NCBI RefSeq assembly: GCF_964355755.1
Contig: NC_092678.1
Coordinates: 3,364,422-3,428,421, forward strand
DNA: 64,000 nt
Reading direction: 5' to 3'
From: Antedon mediterranea
Taxonomy: Eukaryota; Animalia; Echinodermata
The notes beneath the pieces are model-generated. The model worked only from the letters and a program-made list of their open reading frames with translations, did no database searches and was not told where the DNA came from. The translations under genes were made by a program, and so were the position numbers. Below are positions 25,668 through 37,319 of this stretch, in pieces. How positions within the stretch are numbered: the first letter of the stretch is position 1; every line of letters starts with the position of its first letter.

Positions 25668-28600
25668 TTACCAATATGGTGAATACCTAACTGGTGGCCG
25701 ACTTATTCTTCCCGATCGAGTTCTGTACACGCCAGCTGCAACAGCAGGCACGGCCGCCACATCCGGCACCGGAGCAACGTCCGGCACAGGCACCACTACA
25801 GCCACATCCGGCACCACTACCGGAACAGCCGGAGCAGCAGGCACGGCCGCTGCCGCAGCCGCAGGCCCACCATCATCGGCTCTTGGATTGGGGATGCCTA
25901 GCATATCAAAATGCCCACCTGCCACGCACATCTGATGCCAATTCGCTGCTGCCCTCTGTCTTTCCGTCTCTGCATTGTAAGGTGGCAAATTAGGAGGTGG
26001 GCGAAACGCACATTCAGACGATGAACAAGTAAGTGATGATGAAGGTGAAGTGGTGCATTGTCGTGGACATTTTCGTCGCTGAGGCAGTGAATGATGTTGT
26101 GGCGGTGAATGCTGTTGTCTTGGTGGGGAATGTTGTAGTCTGCGTAATCTAATGAGGCGTTCACGTTCTTCACGTTGTCGTTGTTGTCTCGTGCGTCTGA
26201 ACTGTATTCTGTCTGGTGGTGTTTGTGGTCTGGGTGGTGAATGATGTTGTGGTCGTGGTGGTGAATGATGCTGTGGTCTTCGTCTGCGTGGTGGTCGTGG
26301 TTGTGGTGGTGGTGGTATAGGCACACGTAGTGGGGAGCGATTAAAACCTCTTGCAGTTCGGCCATAAGGATGAAACCGTCGACATTCTCGTTGTCGAAAT
26401 ACTACTTCCTCATCTATCCGGGCAACTCTACCGTAGGGACGGTAAACTCCCTCACATAAAAAGTTATGTGCCTCATTTAACAATCTGTTAAAAACAGAAA
26501 CAAAATATAATAATAAATGAGTGAAACAAATTAAACTTTAATCAATATGGTCCATTATATGAAATTGGTCCAGATTCTATTAACGTGTGTTACATATCAA
26601 TATCCTATCAAATTGAAAGTCGGAGAAACAGTCTCTGTAAATTTTTCAAAAACACATTTTCCTAAATATTGAATATATTTTTTTATGCAAATCACAAATA
26701 ATAAATGTACCTCCAAATCACCTTATTTGTTAGTTTAAACCCTATAGCGCAACCTATAATGATGACCAGTGATTTTGTGGAAGATCCAGGAATTTTAAAA
26801 AAAATATGTGGTGGGCGGGGTGGAGACTAAAAATGGTAAAATAAAGTGGGTGGAGATGATGAATCCACACCTGGTCAACTTTTTTAGGTGAAAGTTCAAG
26901 GTCATAACGAAAACAAAAATATCGTTATCCGTGTACGCGTGAAACTTTCCAAAAACACATTTTCTTATCAATTTTGAAAAATATCAACACTTGCGCAATG
27001 AAAATTTATATATATCTTTTTTAAATAAATGAAATGTTTCAAGAGATCTTGCCAGGAATATGTGATCAAAATTAAATTGTGTAAAGCTCTGTGTACCATT
27101 TTTGTCAAACTAGTGATATATGCCCAAATATGGTAGTGATATGACACCATCATGAAATAGGTTGTTCAAACAACAACAAAATTATAATTTGTTGAATTTA
27201 CATACAATTCAATTTATACACTACAGGACTCTTAATCAATTTTTTGGGGGGGTTTAATGGGATGTATGTTTTTTTTAGGTTTGCAGAGTTTAACATTTAT
27301 TTTTAACCAAAAAAATGATGTTTTACCCCAAAAATAGGTTTTTAAAAGAACAAAAAAACTACATGATTTTATTGCTTTAATTGGTTTTCTGTTTTTTTTT
27401 TCGGTTTGATCGGTTAAACAATTATTTATACCAAAAAAACGATGTTTTACCCCAAAAAATAGGTTGTTACTTCACAGTCAATAATTTGTTGAATTCATAT
27501 ACAATTCAATTCATACAGTACAGGATGTAATTGCTTTTATTTTGTTTTCATGGGACGTCTGTGTTTTTTAGGTTTGCAGAGTTTAATAATTATTTTTCAC
27601 CAAAACTAGGTTGTTAAAACAAAAAAAAAATTATAATTTATTGAATTTACATACAATTCAATTCATACACTACTAGTATTTAATTACTTTTAATTACTTT
27701 TTTATGACCTTCATAAACTTCAAGTTACTTCTTTTATGTTTGAATATGTTACTGGTTTACTACCAAAGTCTGTTTCAATGTTATTTTCAAATCGTTTATT
27801 AGATCATACCTATAACATAAGAAATCCACATAAATTGTATGTTCCATTTGTTAAACTTAGAAAAAGCCAGTTTTTTATTACTTATTTAGGACCAACGTAT
27901 TGGAATAATCTAGATTCAACTGCCATCAATCATTTATATACTGTAAATTCATTTAGAAAGCATATAAAAATCCTTTATTTATCTTGTTACCAAACCTACT
28001 AAATATGTTGCGCACTGTATAATTTATTTAAATTCTATGCGTTGTATTTGTATATTTATACGGTACCGTTCTTATTTTTGTTTGAATTATTATTATTTTA
28101 GGGGTCAATGTGAGACAAGTTCTACTTCTAATTTTGATCCCTAAGATGGTCTTATATTAATTGTTTATGATTGTTTATTGTAATATTGTTTGTTATATAT
28201 TGTGACCATCTTAAATAAATGTATTATTGAATATTGAATTGGTTTTCATGGGATGCCTATGTGTTTTTGAGGTTTACAGAGTTTAACAATTATTTTAAAG
28301 AAAAAAAATGATGTTTTACCTCAAAAATAGGTTTTTAAAAGAACAAAAAAACTACATGATTTTATTGCTTTAATTGGTTTTCTGGGTTTTTTTTAGGTTT
28401 GATCGGTTAAACAATTATTTATACCAAAAAAATGATGTTTTACCCCAAAAAATAGGTTGTTACTTCACAGTCAATAATTTGTTGAATTCATATACAATTC
28501 AATTCATACAGTACAGGATGTAATTGCTTTTATTTTGTTTTCATGGGACGTCTGTGTTTTTTAGGTTTGCAGAGTTTAATAATTATTTTTCACCAAAACT

Positions 28601-31600
28601 AGGTTGTTAAAACAACAACAAATTATAATTTATTGAATTTACATACAATTCAATTCATACACTACTAGTATTTAATTACAATTAATTTTAACCAAAAAAT
28701 GATGTTTTACACCCAAAAATAGGTTGTCCAAACAACAACAAATTATAATTTGTTGAATTTACATACAATTCAATTTATGCAATACAGGATTTAATTGATT
28801 TTATTTGGTTTTCATGGGATGTGTATGTGTTTTTGAGGTTTGCAGAGTTTAACAATTATTTTTAACCCAAAAAAAAATGATGTTTTACCCTAAAAATAGG
28901 TTTTTAAAAGAACAATACAACTACATGATTTTATTGCTTTATTTGGTTTTCTGGTTTTTTTTTAGATTTGATCGGTTAAACAATTATTTATACCAAAAAA
29001 CAATGTTTTACCCCAAAAAATAGGTTGTTATTTCACAGTCAATTAATAATTTGTTGAATTCATATACAATTCAATTCATACAGTACAGGATGTAATCGCT
29101 TTTATTTGGTTTTCATGGCATGTGTATGTGTTTTTGAGGTTTGCAGAGTTTAACAATAATTTTTAACCCAAAAAAATTATGTTTTACCCCAAAAATAGGT
29201 TGTCCAAACAACAAAAAATTATAATTTGTTGAATTTACATACAATTCAATTCATGCAATATAGGATTTAATTGATTTTATTTGGTTTTCATGGGATGTGT
29301 ATGTGTTTTGAGGTTTGCAGAGTTTAACAATTATTTTTAACCCAAAAAATGATGTTTTACACCCAAAAATAGGTTGTCCAAACAACAACAAATTATAATT
29401 TGTTGAATTTACATACAATTCAATTTATGCAATACAGGATTTAATTGATTTTATTTGGTTTTCATGGGATGTGTATGTGTTTTGAGGTTTGCAGAGTTTA
29501 ACAATTATTTTTAACCAAAAAAAAGATGTTTTACCCCAATAGGTTGTCCAAACAACAAGAATTTACATACTATTCAATTTATGCGATACAGGATTTAATT
29601 TATTTTATTTGGTTTTCATGGGATGTGTATTTGTTTTGAGGTTTGCAGAGTTTAACAATAATTTTTAACCCAAAAACATTATGTTTTACCCCAAAAATAG
29701 GTTGTCCAAACAACAAAAAATTATAATTTGTTGAATTTACATACAATTCAATTTATGCAATACAGGATGTAATTGATTTTATTTGGTTTTCATGGGATGT
29801 GTATGTGTTTTGAGGTTTGCAGAGTTTAACAATTATTTTTAACCAAAAAAATGATTTTTTACCCCCAAAATAGGTTGTCCAAACAACAACAAAATTATAA
29901 TTTGCTAAATTTACATACTATTCAATTTATGCAATACAGGATTTAATTTAGTTTATTTGGTTTTCATGGGATGTGTATTTGTTTTGAGGTTTGCAGAGTT
30001 TTAACAATTATTTTTAACCAAAAAAATGATGTTTTACCCCAAAAAATAGGTTGTCCAAACAACAAAAAATTATAATTTGCTGAATTTACATACAATTCAA
30101 TTTATGCAATACAGGATTTAATTGATTTTATTTGGTTTCATGGGATGTGTATGTGTTTTGAGGTTTGCAGAGTTTAACAATTATTTTTAACCCAAAAAAT
30201 GATGTTTTACCCCAAAAATAGGTTGTCCAAACAACAAAAAATTATAATTTGCTGAATTTACATACAATTCAATTTATGCAATACAGGATTTTATTGATTT
30301 AATTTGCCTTTCATGGGATGTGTATGTGTTTTGAGGTTTGCAGAGTTTAACAATTATTTTTAACCAAAAAAAAGATGTTTTACCCCAATAGGTTGTCCAA
30401 ACAACAAGAATTTACATACTATTCAATTTATGCGATACAGGATTTAATTTATTTTATTTGGTTTTCATGGGATGTGTATTTGTTTTGAGGTTTGCAGAGT
30501 TTTAACAATTATTTTTACCCAAAAAAATGATGTTTTACCCCAAAAATAGGTTGTCCAAACAACAACAAATTATAATTTGCTGAATTTACATACAATTCAA
30601 TTTATGCAATACAGGATTTAATTGATTTTATTTGGTTTCATGGGATGTGTATGTGTTTTGAGGTTTGCAGGGTTTAACAATTATTTTTAACCAAAAAATG
30701 ATGTTTTACCCCAAAAATAGGTTGTCCAAACAACAAAAAATTATAATTTGCTGAATTTACATACAATTCAATTTATGCAATACAGGATTTTATTGATTTA
30801 ATTTGCCTTTCATGGGATGTGTATGTGTTTTGAGGTTTGCAGAGTTTAACAATATTATTTTTACTAAAAAATGCGGTTTTACCCTAAAAATAGACCATTA
30901 ATTAATAATTTGTTGAATTTACATACAATTCAAATCATACACTACAGGGTTTAATCGCTTTTATTTGGTTTTCATGGGGTTAATATATTTTTGTAGAGGT
31001 TTGCATTTATTTTTAAAAAAATATACAATGCGAGTTTTTAAGGGATGTGCTACCATGATATATAAATTGTTTAAAATACAACAATCACAGAAGCCTAGGC
31101 ATAGATACATTTATATTATTCAGGGGCGGATCCAGCATTATAAATTAGGTTGGAGAGGGGGGGGGGGGGGGGGTGCTAAATATTTCATAATGATAAAAAC
31201 GATCCGTCGGGTTGCAGAAAAATTTAAAATAGTGTTTTATTTAAAAAAAGACATGGCTGATAAATGTGTACCTGTTATTATAGACCATGCATCAATTAAT
31301 AGGTGGTGTTTTTTGAAAGGTCAAATGCGCCCTCTATCTATTATCGAGAGGTAACAAAGATCTTGTGAGAGGAATCCCCTTTCTGTCAAATCAAACAATT
31401 ATAACCACAGATGGTCAGTTATATTTGTAATCCGGGAGAAAATATGGAAAACTGGAAGCACATGTTAGGCTAGGACATGAGTCTAAGTTTTATTATTATA
31501 AATAATATCATGCAAAAACCTACACACGTGTTAACCAGTTTTTGAAGGCCTGAGGCAGAGGGAGCTAACACAACCAAATCATCAGCATAGCATAAATGAT

Positions 31601-32257
31601 TAAAACATGCATTGTTAAAATAACATCCATATCTACTTTTACCAAGAGACGTACTGAGAGCGTCAACATATATATTGTATAATAGAGGAGACATTACACC
31701 CCCTTGCCTTACACCATTTGTAACTGGGAAACTATCCGATAAACAGTTACCCCATCTGACTAGAAACCGTTGTTGTTGATACCAGGACACAAGGAACCTA
31801 ATCACAACAAGAGGCACATTTCTCTCAATAAGCGTTCTAAAATGGGAGTGTTGGCAGCATGTATGTGTCTATTTAACATACCATTATTAATAGAAAGAGA
31901 ATCACTTATTTTCATTGGGATCCTTTTATATATATAAAATATTAGTTTTATATAAAATTAACAAAGTGTAGGCTAGATTTTTTAGGCCCAAACGGTATTG
32001 TGTTAGCCCAACTAGGCTAGCATATCTTCTAATAATTATGAACAAGCTGTCCATGCCTAATCCACAAAGTGTCAGTGTGGCCCGACCGTACACACTAATC
32101 TGCACCCATGGACCCAAACGGTCTCGGCTAACTAACCTCAGTCTTCTTGATTTATTGCAAACCATTTGCTATAAAAGACAGCAGTAGGGCCTATACTAGG
32201 AGGTTTACTATTGAATTAATAAGATTTAAACAATACTCACGTTTGTAATCGAGTCAT
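25668..32257 (-). CDS. Candidate orphan gene, Arg/Pro/His/Gln-rich disordered basic protein, 277 aa; complement(join(25668..26484,32241..32257))
   Basis: An 816-nt GC-rich stop-free frame is preceded by a strong acceptor (tgtttttaacag at 26485). An upstream micro-exon aaaaccATGACTCGATTACAAAC|gtgagt is in matching phase 2. The same exon pair is linked in the three inverted paralogs, and five CCAAT boxes lie upstream. Confidence 0.6.
27155..31000. repeat. ~172-bp AT-rich satellite array, interrupted by a LINE fragment
   Basis: aataggttgtccaaacaac recurs at ~29195, 29368, 29538, 29696, 29869, 30045, 30217, 30388, 30545 and 30716. More diverged units lie at 27155-27690 and 28240-29190. Confidence 0.95.
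27690..28235 (+). mobile_element. 5'-truncated non-LTR retrotransposon 3' end (CR1/L2-group ORF2 C-terminus plus 3' UTR)
   Basis: ORF 27736..28002 HTYNIRN..FFITYLGPTYWNNL..NSFRKHIK is the typical ORF2 tail, followed by a T-rich UTR with aataaa. Confidence 0.8.
31470..31840 (-). mobile_element. Non-LTR retrotransposon reverse transcriptase fragment (RTE-X/L2-like)
   Basis: FPVTNGVRQGGVMSPLLYNIYVD...HLCYADDLVVLAPSASGLQKL, i.e. the RT QG and YADD motifs. Confidence 0.9.
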
Positions 32258-32384
32258 GGTTTTATTTTGATTTTGTGATTTTTTTGTGTGGAATGGCGGC
32301 AGTGAATGGCGGCAGTGAATGGCGGACGGAAAGATTGAAAAAGTGGATCTTGCATTCTTGGCGGCAAAATCACGAACGTGTTGT

Positions 32385-32555
32385 CTTTTGACCAATCAGA
32401 AACAGTTTACTAATCAGAAACAAAAAAATGGCCAATCGCCGCACACAACACCAACAGGTGGTTTTGACCAATCACAAACAAATAACTGTACAACCAATCA
32501 GCTTTCTTGTTAATGTGACTCTGACATGAACTAACAAGAACTGGCCAATCGCCGC
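32385..32555. promoter_or_regulatory. Cluster of five CCAAT (NF-Y-type) boxes upstream of the orphan gene
   Basis: RRCCAATCR at 32392, 32432, 32468, 32494 and 32545, 135-290 bp upstream of the minus-strand ATG at 32257. Confidence 0.6.
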
Positions 32556-32822
32556 ACACAACACATCAGACACACGCACTAGAAGTTTGGATGTGGACAA
32601 TTATTGCAGCAGGGCCACTAAATGGCAAAGCCTATACTATGCTTTTCCATTTTGTGCTCATATAATCCCGTATTTTGATGTTATTTGCTGTGATGTTGAA
32701 TATATTGATGATGTTTGACATTATTAAATTTACAAAAAGTGCAATTTCCAGCTATCCGAGTAATTGTTAATTATTGTTATTATAATAATATACTACCTTG
32801 ATACCTCCATCATCCATGCTTG

Positions 32823-32856
<34 letters not shown>

Positions 32857-33649
32857 TTTATTCGGTCATCAATGTAAAAATAACCAGGAATGAGAATATA
32901 TATATATATATATAAAGTATATAAACGAAACAAACCTAAATTTGTTTTTGTCTTGATTTAGTATCATAATCATAGTCCTGAAATAAAGGTTTTGCACCAC
33001 TCTAGCCACGTTCACCTGATAATTTACCAACGTTAGATCAGTGCTATTTCGAACCTTCTGAAGATAGTCCGTATAGCATGGTAACTAAAGAGTACAGTTT
33101 CTAGGCAATTAAATGTAATAAGCCTAATGATTATTATAATCCCGGAAAACACGTAATTGATTTTTACCATTTTTATGATTTATATAATTTTAAGGTTGGT
33201 ATTTTTATGGTTCAAAACGAGAGCTTTATACCTCTCACGGGCGGAACGATTTTTTATCATTCAACCTATTTAAAATTCATAAAAAAATTTTTATAACGAT
33301 ACTGGTTTAAAACTTAAAGCATTTTCTAAACTATCAAACTTTATTTGTCAAAAAATGTGATGTTCCCATATATGGTAGTGTTATGCTTAAATATGGTAGT
33401 GATATGATATCATCTCTATATATCACTTTTTTTTATTAACGAAATTGAACATTTAAAAATTGCTTTTTGTCATTTATGAATATCATAGAATGTTTTAATA
33501 TAAAGGTTTGTAAATAAAAAAATAAAGGTGCAGTATGGGCCAGCCAGTTTGAACAGAGTCTAATTATTTTCTTTTGTTTTAGGCCTAAGTGAATGATTTT
33601 CAGATTAGGCCTATAACATCTGACCAAATAATTGAAATATATATTTATA

Positions 33650-33926
33650 CTGGGTAACCTCTTCAGTCAAAGACTGGTCTCACAGAGGGCCCAGTTGGTG
33701 ATCAGTGGCTGTGATGTACTAATACACCGGGGTGACCCCCACTCGTCTCGAAAGATGTACTAGGTTCTTTAAAGTGCACACGAGCTAGATGTGTACACTG
33801 GACCTACGGTTTATAGTCCTTATGTTTTACCACCAGAACCATGGAGTAAGTGAGCCTCGAACCCTTGCCGATGTTATGGCTACGTAATTATGGTTCCACT
33901 GTCTTAACCGCCCGGCCACTCACTCA
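33650..33926 (-). mobile_element. tRNA-derived SINE with a Deu/Nin-like central domain
   Basis: The minus strand has an A box (TGGCCGGGCGG), a B box (GGTTCGAGGC) and aggactataaaccgtaggtcc..ttaaagaacc..caccccggtgt, which resembles the DeuSINE core. A second copy lies at 50925-51198. Confidence 0.7.
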
Positions 33927-34790
33927 CATTGGTTACGGTTACGGTAATTTAAATATGGGAGAACTAATGCGTGATACAAAGAAAATAAAGTTTGGTGCAA
34001 GTGTTTGTTTTAATCTAAATAAAATGCCATTATACTTGGAAATAATATTGGATATTCTACTAGCATTATAGTAACCGTCTTCTTCGACGGGTGTGAAACT
34101 TAAATATATTGTTTATGTTTTGTTAATAATGTACAACTCGGTAATTTTACCTCACCTAATATATGCAATAACTATTTGGGGAGTTGCGGGGCAACGAAGC
34201 TACATAGAATACATACTTCGAAAAAGGAGCGATCAGAATTATATGTAAAGTGCACTATCCGCATCCATCAGCAAATTTATTCTATAACAAAAACCTATTG
34301 AATATTTTTGACTTGTATGAGAAGTACACTGCTGTATTTAGGTTTCAATTCTGTATGGGCAATTTACCAGTTTCATTTAACCCTTTTTTACAAAAATGAA
34401 ATCTGTACAAGAGTATGGTACGCAGAAGAAGAGTGATTTCCGTATTCCTCTAAAAAGAACAAATATAGGAGTATTGTCTATAGAGGGGCAAATATTTGGA
34501 ACCGTTTACCTGAAAACATAAAGTGTGAAACTAAAATCGGAAAATTTAGAAAGGAAATACAACTACTATTAATAAATAAATGTAGAGTTCACTTTTGTTA
34601 CTTTTACTTTTTATTTCTATTTGTACTTTTATTGTTTTATTAATTTGCTAATTAGATATCTGTATTATAGGATAATGCGTTTAAGAGCTTCGGCTCATTG
34701 CATACCCGTTTTGTATCAAATACGTTTATAGAAATATTCTTGTGAAAGAATTACTGTATAATTATATATATTTTGTTGATACAAATAAAT
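33926..34790 (+). mobile_element. Degenerate LINE 3' fragment (CR1/L2 group)
   Basis: Frameshifted remnants YGNLIWG, AIRIICKVHYPHPSANLFYNKNLLNIFDLY and IWNRLPENIK, followed by a T-rich UTR and aataaa. Confidence 0.7.
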
Positions 34791-35307
34791 GGTACGTATA
34801 GTACCGCGAATGATGATGTTGATTTCAACCGCGCCGAGAAAACTTGTCAAACGTAGGCCTAAGGTAAAATAATATGCAGGAATTGCAATTGAAGTCTTAT
34901 TTTTTTATGTTTTAAATCCATTTGTACACAAAAGATTGATATTGAAAGAAAGTCATGGTAGGCTAAATGCTTATTATAAATAATGCAATGTATGCGGCGG
35001 TCAGTAAAATTCATTGTAATAAAATTAAAGATTAGGCCTATATTTTAAATACACTTGCAAGTGTTACGTTGCCTACGTCCGTAATCTGAAGTTTAAAAAA
35101 AAAGTCCACTGTTATTTAGGAATTCGAAAGTATTGCTAGAATATAGGCCTATTGAAAGAGTTTTGAAAATGGTGGTACGTCTGTAGATAGGCAAATAATT
35201 AATATTATTTTAATTAATGATTACCATACAGTACAGAAATGTGTTTCCTTACAGGTAGTAGTCGTTTATTACTGAAATACAATGCAAATACAGTACAAAA
35301 CAGATAG

Positions 35308-35569
35308 AGCGTGGTTCCCACTAGCGACGCAACACAAGAACGTAACGCAACGCAAGTGAATTGACCAATCACAAATGATGGTTATTCGCTTGTGATTGCT
35401 CTCTAGCTTGGTTTCCACTAGAACGTAACGCAAGGACGTAAACGCAACGAAAGCGTTTTAACCAATGACAAGCGAAGTTATAGACAGTTAGTAGCCATCG
35501 CTTGTGATTTGGTCATTTCACTTGCGTTGCGTTACGTCCTTGCGTTGCGTCGCTAGTGGGAACCACGCT
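35308..35569. mobile_element. Palindromic MITE (PIF/Harbinger Tourist-like)
   Basis: ~70-bp inverted arms agcgtggttcccactagcgacgcaac... / ...gttgcgtcgctagtgggaaccacgct, with flanks tag/tta. Confidence 0.8.
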
Positions 35570-37103
35570 TTACTGTATTCATGTACATGTAATTAGGATG
35601 GTTATGGAAGAACTATAAATTACTTCATGGGCTTATATACATTAACACTAATTTAACTGTAGGACTTTCACTACAAAAGTTTACTTGGATTGGATAGACA
35701 AAAATCAAAAACTAACATAAGCTACAGTACAGTTTTATAACAATTACGTTACTAATTGATCAATAATCTGGAAATCAGCAGACTCGTGTGGTTTAACGTT
35801 GACAATCCCGAATACGATGATACAATTGGACTCGTAGGTACAGTATCCATCGTGGAAACTGATGTAGCCTAATAGCTGCGAAGTAAAATTAAAGTGCATT
35901 ACAAACTTTTTGATTAAATTAGGTATTCCAGAGTAAAAATATGATAAGGTACCAACAATATGCTTGTAATTATTCGGCAGATTAGTAATAGTAGAATAAT
36001 GAAGAGTATTACGTAGGCTAACTGTGTATAACATGGGATTGTGTAGGGACCGTCAGGGCTACAGTATTCTTAGAATAAAAACGTAGCAAAAGGTTATAGT
36101 AATAATCACCTTAACGAATAATTCCCATTCCCATTGTTACAATACAGGTGGCAAAGCCGATGTAGGATTTTGAACGCTAATGAAAGAAAACGAATAAACT
36201 TAGAGCCATACTTCGAATTTTACAAAGATATAACAATATAGTTATGTAGCCTCTATAAATAATCCTATAAATGTTTATTATTAAAAATGGAAGTGAACGA
36301 AAATAATCCACGACCACGTTGCTTTTATTTTACTTTAAAATTGTGCCTACCTTATTGACTTGTCACCTCTCTAAACGGTAATGCTGCCCATTTTTCTCGA
36401 TTCCTGCTTTTATAGTTTAATGACGCCCTCTGGAAATTTCATAGCCCTTTGATCCAGAGGTAAATTTTAAAACATTTAATAAGTCATAATTTAATAAATA
36501 TTTGGTTTACGAACTTTTTATATAGCCCATTACTATCTCCGTTGCAAGATTGATGTCGAGTGCAAATCAAAAAACCAATCAGAGGTTGTACCGCGGCGTG
36601 CAGTGAGGACAAACATTTTGTGATTAAACCATAGCCAAAAACTGGACAGTTTTCGAAATATTATAAATATGATTAAAGTATAGTATTATTATCTCTGGTT
36701 TTTTTTATGTGGGTTGTTCATGTGTGAAGTCCTTTCAACCGATTGTGTGGCAACATTGCTTTGAAGTAAACAGTTGATGAAACGTGACATTTGGAGAAAT
36801 GGTATAAAGCTTTATCTACACTATCAAACTAGTTTAACAAAAAATGATGTGATGTGCCCAAATATGGTAGTGATAAGCTCATTAAATATGTTAATGATAT
36901 GACATCATCATGTAGCCTACTAAGTAGGCCTACTATCACGAACATTTTTCTCAAATTTGATTGTTGTTATAGAGAATTATATAGAATTAGAAGTTTGTGT
37001 AATCTAAACCCACCCACAAGCTTTGCTTTCTGTTGTATTATTATAAACATTATTATTTATATTTATTGCCGCTTCTCCGACATTCAACTCGCTTGCGTTG
37101 CGC

Positions 37104-37141
37104 CATAGAGATATTATAGTGAACTATATAATATCTCTATG
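37104..37141. mobile_element. 38-bp palindromic insertion with a 7-bp target-site duplication
   Basis: gttgcgc|catagagatattata..tataatatctctatg|gttgcgc. Confidence 0.6.
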
Positions 37142-37230
37142 GTTGCGCCAACTAAAGTGTTATGTGTGGGAACCACTTTCTGTGGGTTAATGTATCGTAT
37201 ATTTAAACTCGAGCGAACAAACGGTACAAC

Positions 37231-37238
37231 CCGGAAGT
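37231..37238 (+). promoter_or_regulatory. ETS-type motif CCGGAAGT in the twinfilin proximal promoter
   Basis: Exact CCGGAAGT about 85 bp upstream of the ATG at 37320. Confidence 0.45.
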
Positions 37239-37319
37239 TGTGAACAACAACGGCATCTCAGAGTTTGTGGAAAGAGGACCCGGTGTTTTGCCTATTTCAA
37301 CTGTTTCTTCCAATATAAA

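Noticed and set aside
25694-26365. Overlapping ORFs 25694..25993 (+) and 25898..26365 (-, His-rich)
   Set aside because: Shadow frames of the GC-rich low-complexity exon. The 271-codon frame has the splice-phase and paralog support.
35744-36360. Possible minus-strand exons of a transcript divergent from twinfilin
   Set aside because: Only isolated splice-like sites and no convincing reading frame.
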